From an uncultured delta proteobacterium (GTDB lineage Bacteria; Myxococcota_A; Polyangia; Fen-1088), in assembly GCA_963767925.1 (NCBI GenBank), contig CAVYGB010000010.1, positions 1,216,001-1,280,000 on the forward strand: 64,000 bases of DNA, read 5' to 3'. The position numbers were made by a program, and so were the translations under genes. The stretch's first letter is position 1. Each line of letters opens with the position of its first letter. Below are positions 45,455-55,054 of the stretch, piece by piece. The notes below the pieces were generated by a model, which saw nothing but the letters and a program-made list of their open reading frames with translations, had not been told where the DNA came from and ran no database searches.

Positions 45455-46813
45455 TCAGCGGCGCAGGCGCTCGACCATCTCGTGGGCGACCTGGGTGATG
45501 TCGCCGGCGCCGAGGGTGAGCAGCAGGTCACCGGGGCGGAGGAGATCCTGCAAGGTGTCGCAGACGTCGCGGCGGGCGGCGTAGACCGGGGCCCGGTCGC
45601 CGGGGAAGGTCGCGCACAAGCGGGCGGTGCTGATGCCGTCGGCCGGGGCCTCGCCGGCGGCGTAGATGTCGGTCACCAGCACGACGTCGGCGCCGGCCAG
45701 GGAGGGGGCGAAGTCGGCCAGCAGATCGCGGGTGCGGCTGTAGCGGTGGGGCTGGAAGGCCACCACGAGCCGGCGGCCGAACAGGCGGGCGGCCGCCACG
45801 GTCGCTGCGATCTCGGTGGGGTGGTGGCCGTAGTCGTCGACGACGAGGATGCCGCCGCTCTCGCCCCGCACCGAGAAGCGGCGGTCGACGCCGGCCAGCC
45901 CCTCCATCGCCTCCTGGTAGTCGGCGAAGGCGACGCCGAAGAAGTCGGCCACCGCCAGCGCCGCCAGCGCGTTGCAGGCGTAGTGCACGCCGGGCATGCG
46001 AATGTGGGCGGGGCCCCGCTCCTCCCCCCGCACCCGCACCAGGAAGCGGGTGCCTTGCGGAGTGGTCTCCAGGATCTCGCCCCGGTATTCGCCGGACGAC
46101 AGCCCGTAGCTGACGTGGGGCTTGACCAGATCGGGGGCCAGCGCCGCCGCCCTGGCGTCGTCGGCGCAGATCACCACCAGGCCGTAAAAGGGCACCTTGT
46201 TGGCGAAGGCCAGGAAGGCCTCGCGCAGGGCCGCCTCGCTGCCGTAGTGATCGAGGTGCTCGCGGTCGATGTTGGTGATGATCGCCGCCATCGGGTGCAG
46301 GTGGCGGAACGAGCCGTCCGACTCGTCGGCCTCCGCCACCAGGACCTCGCCCTTGCCGAGGCGGGCGTTCGAGCCGAGGGCCCGGGCCTGCCCGCCCACG
46401 ATGACGGTGGGGTCGAGGCCGGCCTGGGCGAAGACGGCGGCGACCATCGCGGTGGTGCTGGTCTTGCCGTGGGAGCCGGCCACCGCCACCCCGTCCTTGA
46501 CCCGCATCAGCTCGCCCAGCATCTCGGCCCGGGGGATCACGGGGATGCCGCGGGCCCGGGCGGCCAGCAGCTCCGGATTGTCGGGGCGGACCGCGCTCGA
46601 GACGACCGCCACGTCGGCGTCGGCCACCTGGGCGGCGGCGTGGCCGATGCCGATGCGCCCGCCGAGGCTGGCCAGGCGGCGGGTGGCCTCGCTCTCCTTC
46701 ACGTCGGAGCCCGACACCCGGTAACCGAGGTTGAGCAGCACCTCGGCGATGCCGGACATGCCGACCCCACCGATGCCGACGAAATGGATGGCGACGTCGC
46801 GTTTGCGAAACAT
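45455..46813 (-). CDS. murC: UDP-N-acetylmuramate--L-alanine ligase
   Basis: HFVGIGGVGMSG, GSHGKT, EADESD, DDYGHHPTEI, FQPHRYSRT and GAGD motifs. Confidence 0.97.
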   Translation of the reverse strand: MFRKRDVAIHFVGIGGVGMSGIAEVLLNLGYRVSGSDVKESEATRRLASLGGRIGIGHAAAQVADADVAVVSSAVRPDNPELLAARARGIPVIPRAEMLGELMRVKDGVAVAGSHGKTSTTAMVAAVFAQAGLDPTVIVGGQARALGSNARLGKGEVLVAEADESDGSFRHLHPMAAIITNIDREHLDHYGSEAALREAFLAFANKVPFYGLVVICADDARAAALAPDLVKPHVSYGLSSGEYRGEILETTPQGTRFLVRVRGEERGPAHIRMPGVHYACNALAALAVADFFGVAFADYQEAMEGLAGVDRRFSVRGESGGILVVDDYGHHPTEIAATVAAARLFGRRLVVAFQPHRYSRTRDLLADFAPSLAGADVVLVTDIYAAGEAPADGISTARLCATFPGDRAPVYAARRDVCDTLQDLLRPGDLLLTLGAGDITQVAHEMVERLRR

Positions 46814-46849
46814 GAAGCTGGACCGGGTGGCAGATCTGGCCGGAGGCGG

Positions 46850-48763
46850 CTAATCGCGCAACGAGATTTCCTGGGTGTTCTCGTCGGCCCGCGCGGCGGC
46901 GCGCAGGTACACCTTGGCGATCTCGCTCTCGTCGAGCAATCCCACGATTCGCCCCTCGCCGTCCACAACCAGCAAGGCCCGCAGGCGGTTCTTGACCATG
47001 CGTTCGGCGGCGGTGCGCAGGTCGTCTTCGGGTCGCACCGTTATCGCAAGCTGCATGACGTCCGAGGCGATGGCCCAGCCCGCGTCTTGCCGCTCTTCCG
47101 ACAGCACGCGCAAGGCGGGCGCGGTCACGACGCCTGCCAGCTTGCCGTCGGCCCCCAGCACCGGGACCAGATCGGGGGCGGTGACCTCGCGGGTCCGGCG
47201 CAACATCTCGGGCGTGCTGGTGCCGGGGGCGAAGGTGATGGTGGGCGCCCCCACCGTCATGATCTCCCGGACGCGCAGCTCGCGCAGCACGTCGCGCACG
47301 AGCGCGTCGCGGTAGGCGGGGGAGTCTCGCTGGGTGGGGATCTGCGCTTCGTAGAGCGTGCGGCTGCGCAACGCCACGTATGAAATACCGAGGGCGAGCA
47401 TCAGCGGCACCAGCAGGTCGTAGTTTCCGGCCATCTCACACACCAGGACCAGGGCCGACAGCGGGACGTGGGCGATTCCACCATAGAAGGCGCCCATCCC
47501 CACCAGGGCGAAGGCCCCCGGGTCGATGCGCGGATCCTCCAGCAAGAGCTGCGCCGCCCGCCCGAAGGCGCCGCCCATCAGCGCGCCGATCGCGAGCGAA
47601 GGGGCAAAGTCGCCGGCGCTGCCGCCGCTGCCGATGGTGAAGGCGGAGGCCACCAGCTTGGCCAGGGCCAGCAGGGCGAGCAGCTCGACCGCCAGCCAGC
47701 CCTCGGGCAGCCAGGGCGCCCCGGTGGTGGCGACCTGGGCGGCGCCGTAGCCGCCGCCGAAGATGCCGAGCCCCTGCCCCGAGGTGCCCACCAGCCCGCC
47801 GATGCCGAGGATGAGCGGGGTGGCCATCAGGCCGAGGGCCAGGCCGCCCATCGCCGGACGCAGCCACTCGGCCACCGGCAGGCGGGCGGAGGTCTCGCGC
47901 ACGAGCTTCAACATGGCGATGAAGGCGATCGCCAGGGCGGCGACGACCAGGGCCAGCACCGCGTACAGCGGCAGGTGGGCGGGCACGAAGGGGAAGCGGG
48001 GAGCGTGGGCCAGCAGCGTGCTCTCGCCGAAGATGGAGATGACGACCGAATAGGAGACGACGCTGGCGAGGACCGAGGGGACCAGGGCGTCGGACTCGAA
48101 GCCGTCGCGGTACAGGACCTCGACCGCCAGGAGGGCGGCCCCCAGCGGCGTGCGGAACACCGCCGAGATGCCGGCCGCGACCCCGGCGACCAGGAGGATG
48201 CGCCGCTCGCGGGCGCCCACCGAGAGGACCCGGGCCACCAGCGATCCCAGGGCGCCGCCGATCAACATGGTGGGCCCCTCGCGCCCGCCCGACCCTCCCG
48301 TGCCGAGGGTCGTGATCGAGGCCAGGGCCTTGATCCCCATCAGCTTCATCGGCAAGGTGGCGCCCTGGTGAAAGGCGCGGATCATGACGTCGCCGCCGCC
48401 GCCGCGGGCGTCGGGGGTGCGGCGGGTGAGCCAGCCACAGGCCAGGCCGCCGAGGGCGGGGAGGATGAGCAGCAGCCAGGGGCGGAAGGTGCGGGGCAGG
48501 GCGGCGGCGGCGAAGCTCTCGCCGCTGGCGCGCAGGACGGCGTAGCCGGCCAGGTCCTCGAGCAGCAGCCGCTGGGTGTATTCGAGGATGCCGAAGAAGG
48601 CCGCCCCCGCGAACCCACAGACGACGCCGACGGCGGCGGCCTGAAGCAGCGTGCGCCCGACGAACCGCAGGTCCAGCGGAGCGGCGTCCGCGAACAGCGC
48701 CGGGAGGATGGCGCGGTTGCGTTCCATCCACCAGGCCCACAGATTCCGGAGCCGCTGCCGCAT
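46850..48763 (-). CDS. ClC-family chloride channel/antiporter with CBS pair
   Basis: GGSGGREGP, FRTPLG and GGSAGDFAP motifs; C-terminal CBS domains. Confidence 0.93.
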   Translation of the reverse strand: MRQRLRNLWAWWMERNRAILPALFADAAPLDLRFVGRTLLQAAAVGVVCGFAGAAFFGILEYTQRLLLEDLAGYAVLRASGESFAAAALPRTFRPWLLLILPALGGLACGWLTRRTPDARGGGGDVMIRAFHQGATLPMKLMGIKALASITTLGTGGSGGREGPTMLIGGALGSLVARVLSVGARERRILLVAGVAAGISAVFRTPLGAALLAVEVLYRDGFESDALVPSVLASVVSYSVVISIFGESTLLAHAPRFPFVPAHLPLYAVLALVVAALAIAFIAMLKLVRETSARLPVAEWLRPAMGGLALGLMATPLILGIGGLVGTSGQGLGIFGGGYGAAQVATTGAPWLPEGWLAVELLALLALAKLVASAFTIGSGGSAGDFAPSLAIGALMGGAFGRAAQLLLEDPRIDPGAFALVGMGAFYGGIAHVPLSALVLVCEMAGNYDLLVPLMLALGISYVALRSRTLYEAQIPTQRDSPAYRDALVRDVLRELRVREIMTVGAPTITFAPGTSTPEMLRRTREVTAPDLVPVLGADGKLAGVVTAPALRVLSEERQDAGWAIASDVMQLAITVRPEDDLRTAAERMVKNRLRALLVVDGEGRIVGLLDESEIAKVYLRAAARADENTQEISLRD

Positions 48764-48946
48764 TCCTGTTCCGGATACCGTAGCAGCCCGCACCGGCGAC
48801 CGAATGCAGAAAGCGGCCGACCCGTCTGGAAAGACTACGGAAACTGGCCGCGCTCGGGGCCTGTCCGCGTGCGTCTAGATTACCTGACCCTACTCGAGTG
48901 AGGCCCCGCGCGGCGGACCCCGGATCGCCCGGTGTAAAGTGCGCCG

Positions 48947-49651
48947 GTGCCACCAATCGGCCCACCCACCGTCTTTCTCTGGGACATCGACGGAACCCTC
49001 ATCAGCACGGCCGGCGCCGGCCGCCGCGCCATCGAGCTGACCTTCCAGCGGCGTTACGGGCGCCCCGAGGTTGTCGGCTTTCACTTCGACGGCATGACCG
49101 ACCCGACCATCGTGCGCCAGGGGCTGACCGCGCTGGGGCTCGACGAGGAGGAGATGGCCCGGGTCCTGCCGGAGATCCTGCGCGAGTACCTCGTCGATCT
49201 GGCGGAGGTGTGCGCGGCGGCGACCGACTTCCGGGTCCACGCCGGGATCGAGGCGGCGCTGGCGCTGTGCCACGGCCGCGCCGGCGCGGTGGGGCTGGGG
49301 ACGGGCAACGTCGAGGAGGGCGCCCGCCTCAAGCTCGAGCGCGTCGACCTGGGCCGGCACTTCTCGTTCGGGGGCTACGGCAGCGACCACGCCGACCGGG
49401 CCGAGCTGCTGGCCATCGGCGCCCGGCGCGGTCGGGCCCGCCTGGGCATCGGCGACGGGCCCTGCCGGGTGGTGGTCATCGGCGACACCCCGAAGGACAT
49501 CGCTGCCGCCCGGGCCATCGGCGCCGAGTCGATCGCGGTCGCCACCGGCTCGTACAGCGTGGAGGCGCTGCGCGAGCAGGGCGCCACCTTCGCGGTGCCC
49601 GACCTCGTCGACCCGGTCGCCCGGTCGGCGTTGCTCGGCGGCGCCGTCTAG
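48947..49651 (+). CDS. HAD-family hydrolase
   Basis: WDIDGTL, TGN, GGYGSD and IGDTPKD motifs. Confidence 0.92.
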   Translation: MPPIGPPTVFLWDIDGTLISTAGAGRRAIELTFQRRYGRPEVVGFHFDGMTDPTIVRQGLTALGLDEEEMARVLPEILREYLVDLAEVCAAATDFRVHAGIEAALALCHGRAGAVGLGTGNVEEGARLKLERVDLGRHFSFGGYGSDHADRAELLAIGARRGRARLGIGDGPCRVVVIGDTPKDIAAARAIGAESIAVATGSYSVEALREQGATFAVPDLVDPVARSALLGGAV

Positions 49652-49714
49652 CTCCGGCGGGGGACCGCGAGGGAACCCGTATTTTTTTTTCAGAACCGTC
49701 GCAGGTACGCCAGG

Positions 49715-50572
49715 GTGTCACCGTTCTGGATCGATGAGCTGGGCCCGGGCGACCTCCCGGACGCCCTGCGCCTGTCGACCGAGGCCGGCTGGAACCAGAC
49801 CGCCGCCGACTGGGGCCGCCTGCTCGACCTGGCGCCGGGGGCCTGCTTCGCCGGGCGGCTCGACGGCGCCCTCGTCGCGACCGCCACCGCGGTCGATTAC
49901 CCGGGGACCGCCACCTGGATCGGCATGGTGATCGTGGGGCGGGCCGCCCGGCGCCAGGGCTTCGGCACCCGGCTGCTGGCGAGCGCGCTCGCCCACGGCC
50001 AGCGCGCCAGCCCCACCGTCGGGCTCGACGCCACCGATCTGGGCCGCCCCCTCTACCTCGCCCGGGGCTTCCGGGAGCTGGCCCCCATCGACCGCTGGCA
50101 GGGCACGCTGGGGGCGGCGGGCCCCCCGGATGCAGGCGTGCAGGTCGAGGTGGCGGCGGGTGGGCGGTTGCCCGCCGAGGCCCTGGCCTTCGACCGGCAG
50201 GCCTGCGGCGTCGACCGGAGTGCCCTGCTCGCCCACCTGCTGGCCGAGCCCGGGGTGGTGGCCTGGCTGGCCCGGGTGGGGGGTGCCATCCGGGGGCTGG
50301 CCTTCCTCCGGCCCGGGCACGCGCACTTCCACCTGGGCCCGGTGGTGGCCGAGGACGGCGCAATCTTTTCGTCGCTGCTCGATTCCGCCGGCCAGCAACT
50401 CGGTGGGAGGACCGTCCTGGTGGACACACCCCGCGACGGCGTGGCCGCCGGCCGGCTCGAGCCGCGAGGACTTTCCGTGCAGCGCCGTCTGGTTCGCATG
50501 ACATACGGGCGGCCGCAGGGCATCTTGGTGGGCGCACGTGTCGCCGCCGCCACCGCCTTCGAGTGGGGCTGA
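49715..50572 (+). CDS. Tandem-domain GNAT N-acetyltransferase
   Basis: GWNQT, WIGMVIV..ARRQGFG, LDATDLGRPLY..GF and HLGPVVA motifs. Confidence 0.88.
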   Translation: MSPFWIDELGPGDLPDALRLSTEAGWNQTAADWGRLLDLAPGACFAGRLDGALVATATAVDYPGTATWIGMVIVGRAARRQGFGTRLLASALAHGQRASPTVGLDATDLGRPLYLARGFRELAPIDRWQGTLGAAGPPDAGVQVEVAAGGRLPAEALAFDRQACGVDRSALLAHLLAEPGVVAWLARVGGAIRGLAFLRPGHAHFHLGPVVAEDGAIFSSLLDSAGQQLGGRTVLVDTPRDGVAAGRLEPRGLSVQRRLVRMTYGRPQGILVGARVAAATAFEWG

Positions 50573-50593
50573 CCGAGGCGACCGCGTACCAGC

Positions 50594-51676
50594 ATGACCA
50601 CGACAACCCCTGCGCTCGAGGCAAAGATCCGCGAAGGCGGAGCCAGCGCCGCGGTCCCCATCGTGTCCGAGGAGGACCTGGAAGATCGGCTGTCCGATCC
50701 GCCCCGGCCGCTGATCGATCTGTTCGCCCGGCTGGAAGGCGACCTCTTGATCCTCGGCGCGGGCGGCAAGATGGGCCCCAGCCTGGCCCGCATGGCGGCG
50801 CGGGCCGCGCGCGCGGCCGGCAGCGACACCAGGGTCTACGCCGCCTCCCGGTTCCCGCAGCGGGCCCTGCGCGACCGCCTGACGAGCTGGGGCATCACCG
50901 CCCTGGTGTGCGACCTGACCCAGCCGGGCGCCATCGGCCGGCTGCCCTACTGCTCCAACGTCGTCTACATGGCAGGCCGCAAGTTCGGATCGAGCGACGC
51001 CGCCTGGGAGACCTGGGCCAGCAACGTCTTCCTCGCCAGCGAGGCGGCCCGCGCCTTCCCCCGGGCCCGCATCGTCGCCTTCTCGACCGGCAACGTCTAT
51101 CCCCTGTGGCCGGTGGCCCGGCCGGAGGGCCCGGTCGAGGAGACGCCGCCCCACCCGCTGGGCGAATACGCCCAGTCCTGCCTGGGGCGCGAGCGGATGT
51201 TCGAATATTTCTCCCGGCGCAACGGCACCCTGGTCTCGCTGGTGCGCCTCAACTACGCGGTCGAGCTGCGCTACGGGGTGCTGCTCGACATCGCCCTGCG
51301 GGTCTGGACCGGGCAGTCCATCGACCTGACCATGGGCCACGCCAACGTCCTGTGGCAAGGCGACGCCAGCGCCTACGCCCTGCAGACCCTCGACATCTGC
51401 TCGACGCCGCCGGCGATCCTCAACGTCACCGGGCCGGTGGTGCGGATCCGCGAGGTGGCCGAGAAGCTCGGCCGCCTGCTCGATCGGCCGGTGCGCTTCC
51501 AGGGGACGGAGGCGCCGACCGCCCTGCTCAGCAACCCGGCCGAGTGCCACGCCCGCTTCGGGCCACCGCGGGTGTCGCTCGACATCCTCCTCGGCTGGCT
51601 CGCCCACTGGGTCATCGCCGGCGGCCCGGTGCTGGGCAAGCCCACCCATTACGAGACCCGCGATGGAAAATTCTGA
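50594..51676 (+). CDS. NAD-dependent epimerase/dehydratase
   Basis: LGAGGKMG, MAGRKFG, FSTGNVY, EYAQSCLGRER and RLNYA motifs. Confidence 0.88.
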   Translation: MTTTTPALEAKIREGGASAAVPIVSEEDLEDRLSDPPRPLIDLFARLEGDLLILGAGGKMGPSLARMAARAARAAGSDTRVYAASRFPQRALRDRLTSWGITALVCDLTQPGAIGRLPYCSNVVYMAGRKFGSSDAAWETWASNVFLASEAARAFPRARIVAFSTGNVYPLWPVARPEGPVEETPPHPLGEYAQSCLGRERMFEYFSRRNGTLVSLVRLNYAVELRYGVLLDIALRVWTGQSIDLTMGHANVLWQGDASAYALQTLDICSTPPAILNVTGPVVRIREVAEKLGRLLDRPVRFQGTEAPTALLSNPAECHARFGPPRVSLDILLGWLAHWVIAGGPVLGKPTHYETRDGKF

Positions 51677-52799
51677 AGGCGCCGCCGTCAGCGCCGCGCG
51701 TCCCGCGCCCGGGGGGGCGGTTTCGCCCGCGGTGGGGGCCGACCTCCTCGCGCCGGCGGTGGCGGCCGCCCTGACCCGCGGCGGGGTGGTCCCCGCCCAC
51801 CCGCTCGCGCTGACCAGCGAGCGGCGGCTCGACGAGCGCCGCCAGCGCGCCCTCGGCCGCTACTACGTCGACGCGGGGGCGGCGGGGCTGGCGGTCGGCG
51901 TGCACACGACCCAGTTCACAATCCGCGACCCGGGCGTGGATCTGCTGGCGCCCGTGCTGGCCCTGGCCCGGGAGGTCATGGATCGGGCCGACGCCTCCCG
52001 TCCCGAGCGGCCCCCCTTGCTGCGCATCGCCGGCATCTGCGGGGAGACGCCGCAGGCGCTGGCCGAGGCTCGCCTGGCCCGGGACAATGGCTACCACCTC
52101 GGCCTGCTCAGCCTGGCGGCCCTGGCTCGCGCCTCCGACGATGGGCTGGTCCAGCACGCCCGGGCGGTGGGCGAGGTGCTGCCGCTGATGGGGTTTTACC
52201 TGCAGCCAGCGGTGGGCGGCCGCCAGCTCGGCCGGACCTTCTGGCGCCGGCTGTGCGAGCTGCCGAGCCTGCTGGCGATAAAGATCGCCCCCTTCGACCG
52301 CTACCAGACCCTCGACGTGTACAAGGGCGTGCGCGACAGCGGCCGGGCCGAGCAGATCGCGCTTTACACCGGCAACGACGACAACATCGTCGCCGACCTC
52401 CTCACGACCTTCGATCTGGCGGGGGGGCCGCTGCGGTTCTGTGGCGGCCTGCTCGGGCAGTGGGCGGTCTGGACCCGGGCGGCGGTGGCGCTGGTCGAGT
52501 CGATCCGCCAGGCCACCGCGGGGGCCCCGCCCCTGCCCGCCTCGCTGCTCGCCCTCGGCGCCCAGCTCACCGACGCCAATGCCGCCCTGTTCGACGCCCC
52601 CAACCGCTTCCGCGGCTGCATCCCGGGCATCCACGAGGCCCTCCGCCGGCAGGGGCTGCTCGCCGCGACCACCTGTCTCGACCCCGGCGAGGTCCTCTCA
52701 CCTGGCCAGCTCGATGAGATCGATCGCGTCCACCTGGCTTACCCCCACCTACGCGACGACGCCTTCGTGCGCGAGAACCTCGACCGCTGGCTCGCCTGA
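51663..52799 (+). CDS. Dihydrodipicolinate synthase-family (class I aldolase-like) protein
   Basis: VPAHPLAL, GVHTTQF, FYLQPAVGG, IKIAPF and LYTGNDD motifs. Confidence 0.88.
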   Translation: MENSEGAAVSAARPAPGGAVSPAVGADLLAPAVAAALTRGGVVPAHPLALTSERRLDERRQRALGRYYVDAGAAGLAVGVHTTQFTIRDPGVDLLAPVLALAREVMDRADASRPERPPLLRIAGICGETPQALAEARLARDNGYHLGLLSLAALARASDDGLVQHARAVGEVLPLMGFYLQPAVGGRQLGRTFWRRLCELPSLLAIKIAPFDRYQTLDVYKGVRDSGRAEQIALYTGNDDNIVADLLTTFDLAGGPLRFCGGLLGQWAVWTRAAVALVESIRQATAGAPPLPASLLALGAQLTDANAALFDAPNRFRGCIPGIHEALRRQGLLAATTCLDPGEVLSPGQLDEIDRVHLAYPHLRDDAFVRENLDRWLA

Positions 52800-52883
52800 G
52801 CGCCCTTGCACCCGGCTGACAGGAATGTCGGGCTTCGGCCCGGTGCGGGCCGCGCGCAGCGGGTAAACCGGCTACCTGGCGTC

Positions 52884-52901
52884 CCGGCACCCCGGTTGCA
52901 T
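52884..52901 (+). promoter_or_regulatory. Putative sigma54 -24/-12 promoter
   Basis: CCGGCACCCCGGTTGCAT has GG-N10-GC spacing with both GGCAC and TTGCA cores, about 40 bp before the ATG at 52942. Confidence 0.65.
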
Positions 52902-52941
52902 TACCCGCCGCCACACCATGTCAGCGCAATCATCGAGGTTC

Positions 52942-53283
52942 ATGAAGCTCGCCCGACCCCTGCGGCTCGCGCGCGTGCTGGCCCTGGGGGGCAGCCTCCT
53001 GGTGGCCGGCGCGGCGTGCGAGGGCGAGGAGGAAAATTCGGACGCCGCCAGGCCCGACGGATCGATGGACGGATCGATGGACACCAGCGTGATCGACTCC
53101 CAGCCGGAGGCGGCCGGCGATCGCCCGCTGGACATGGTCTCGATCGACGTGAACCCGGTCGACGGGCCGGCGGGGGACGTGGCCGACGCCGATCCCGGCG
53201 ACGGGCCGGGCGAGGAGGTCCCGACCGACGCCCCCTTCATCGCCGACGTCGGACCGGCGCTGCCTCCCGAGCTCATCGGCTGA
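52942..53283 (+). CDS. Small acidic, signal-peptide-bearing protein ending GPALPPELIG (candidate precursor/substrate)
   Basis: GAGG RBS; MKLARPLRLARVLALGGSLLVAGAAC signal with lipobox-like end; Asp/Pro-rich low-complexity body. Confidence 0.75.
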   Translation: MKLARPLRLARVLALGGSLLVAGAACEGEEENSDAARPDGSMDGSMDTSVIDSQPEAAGDRPLDMVSIDVNPVDGPAGDVADADPGDGPGEEVPTDAPFIADVGPALPPELIG

Positions 53284-53285
53284 GC

Positions 53286-54119
53286 GTGCCGCCCCGCCGC
53301 CTCAGCTTCGCTCTCAGCCGCACCCGGCTGGCAGCCGACCACCAGCGGCTCGAACGCGCGCTGGGGCGGTCGGTGGCGCTGGCCCCGGTGGACACGGCGG
53401 CGCTGGATCCGGCGGCGCTGGGCCTGGCCCGGCGCTTCTGGGAGGCCCGCACCGTGATGGAGCATCGGTCGGCCACCCTGTTCAGCGACCTGCTCCTGCA
53501 GCTTCGCGACGTGGGCGTCGCCCCCGACGTCGAGGCCATGGTGCTCCGCTGCGCGCTCGACGAGCTGGGCCACGCCGGGCTGTGCGCCCGGTTCGTGACC
53601 GCGCTGGGCGGTGACCCCGAGCAGCCCTGCGAGGAGACCGCCCGCCGCCTGCCGCTCCACGGTCGCATCTCCCCCCGGGCCCGCCTGCTGCGGAACCTGG
53701 TCTACACCTCGGCGCTGTCCGAGACGCTCGCCGCCGCCATCCTGGCGGCCAGCCGCGACCAGGCCCAGGTGCCGGCCGCCCGCCAGGTGCTGGAGGCGCT
53801 CCTCGCCGACGAGGTTGTCCACGGCCGCTTCGGCTGGGACGTGCTCGATCACCTGGCGCCGCTGACCGACGACGATCGCCGGGACCTCGAGCGGTACCTG
53901 CGGATGGCCTTCGACAACTGGGAGCGGGCCGCGCTCGGCGAGGCGCTCGAGACGCCCCGGCGCCCCCTCCCGGCCGACGCGCTGGCCCTGGGCGTCCTCC
54001 CCGCGGAGGCAGGCCGGGAGCTCTTCCGCGGCGTGGTGGCGGAGGCGGTCCTTCCCGGCCTGGAAGCGCGCGGAGTCGCCGCCACCGCCGCCTGGCACGC
54101 CCGCGGCCCCGAGCTCTGA
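53286..54119 (+). CDS. Ferritin-like di-iron carboxylate protein
   Basis: E(HRS)...DELGH...SE(TLA)...DEVVH gives the E/ExxH/E/ExxH ligand pattern; GTG start 2 bp after the small gene. Confidence 0.85.
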   Translation: MPPRRLSFALSRTRLAADHQRLERALGRSVALAPVDTAALDPAALGLARRFWEARTVMEHRSATLFSDLLLQLRDVGVAPDVEAMVLRCALDELGHAGLCARFVTALGGDPEQPCEETARRLPLHGRISPRARLLRNLVYTSALSETLAAAILAASRDQAQVPAARQVLEALLADEVVHGRFGWDVLDHLAPLTDDDRRDLERYLRMAFDNWERAALGEALETPRRPLPADALALGVLPAEAGRELFRGVVAEAVLPGLEARGVAATAAWHARGPEL

Positions 54120-54190
54120 ACCACCCGCGGCTGACGGCCGATCGGCCCGCGGTTGGCTCTCGCCGCGCAACTGCGACTATCATCGCGGCG

Positions 54191-55006
54191 ATGCGTTCCC
54201 CGTTGCCCAAGCCCCTGCGCCACCGCCTGCACGAGATCATCTTCGAATCGGACACCCGCGCGGGGCGGATCTTCGACGCCACGTTGTTGTGGCTGATCCT
54301 GCTCAGCGTGCTGGCCGTCATGCTGGAGAGCGTGAGCAGCTTCCGGGCCCGCTACGGCGTCGAGCTGCGGGTGGCCGAGTGGATCTTCACCGTGCTGTTC
54401 ACCCTGGAGTACCTGCTGCGGCTGCTGGTCCTCAAGCGCCCGATGGCCTACGTGTTCAGCTTCCTCGGCGTCATCGACCTGCTCTCCTTCTTCCCCACCT
54501 ACGTCAGCGCGTTCGTGCCGGGCGCGCAGGCGCTGATCTCCATCCGCGCCTTCCGGGTGATCCGCCTGTTCCGCATCTTCAAGCTCGTCAGCCACATGCG
54601 CCAGGCCCAGGTCATCTCCACCGCCCTGCGGATGTCCCGCCCGAAGATCGTGGTCTTCATGCTGAGCATCTTCGCCATCGTGGTGACGATGGGCTCGGTG
54701 ATCTATCTCGTCGAGGGGGAGGAGAACGGCTTTACCAGCATCCCCCGCAGCGTCTACTGGGCGATCGTCACCGTCACGACGGTGGGCTACGGGGACATGG
54801 TGCCGAAGACGGTCATCGGCCAGATCATCGCCGCCCTGGCGATGATCATGGGCTACGCCATCATCGCCGTCCCCACCGGGATCGTGAGCGCCGACCTCAG
54901 CGAGGCCTCCCGCCAGGTCACCTCGGGCCAGTCCTGCCCCTCCTGCGGCATCGAGGGCCACGACTTCGACGCCGTCCACTGCAAGCACTGCGGGGCCAAG
55001 CTGTGA
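54191..55006 (+). CDS. Voltage-gated-type potassium channel (ion transporter)
   Basis: S4-like IRAFRVIRLFRIFKL, TTVGYGD selectivity filter, C-terminal CxxC...CxxC. Confidence 0.93.
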   Translation: MRSPLPKPLRHRLHEIIFESDTRAGRIFDATLLWLILLSVLAVMLESVSSFRARYGVELRVAEWIFTVLFTLEYLLRLLVLKRPMAYVFSFLGVIDLLSFFPTYVSAFVPGAQALISIRAFRVIRLFRIFKLVSHMRQAQVISTALRMSRPKIVVFMLSIFAIVVTMGSVIYLVEGEENGFTSIPRSVYWAIVTVTTVGYGDMVPKTVIGQIIAALAMIMGYAIIAVPTGIVSADLSEASRQVTSGQSCPSCGIEGHDFDAVHCKHCGAKL

Positions 55007-55054
55007 AGCCGGCCCCGTAAGCGCTCGAGCGCCCGGGCGGGGGACCGGCCTGGT

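Noticed and set aside
49652..49690. Intrinsic terminator before the T9 tract
   Set aside because: No convincing stem immediately upstream of the T run.
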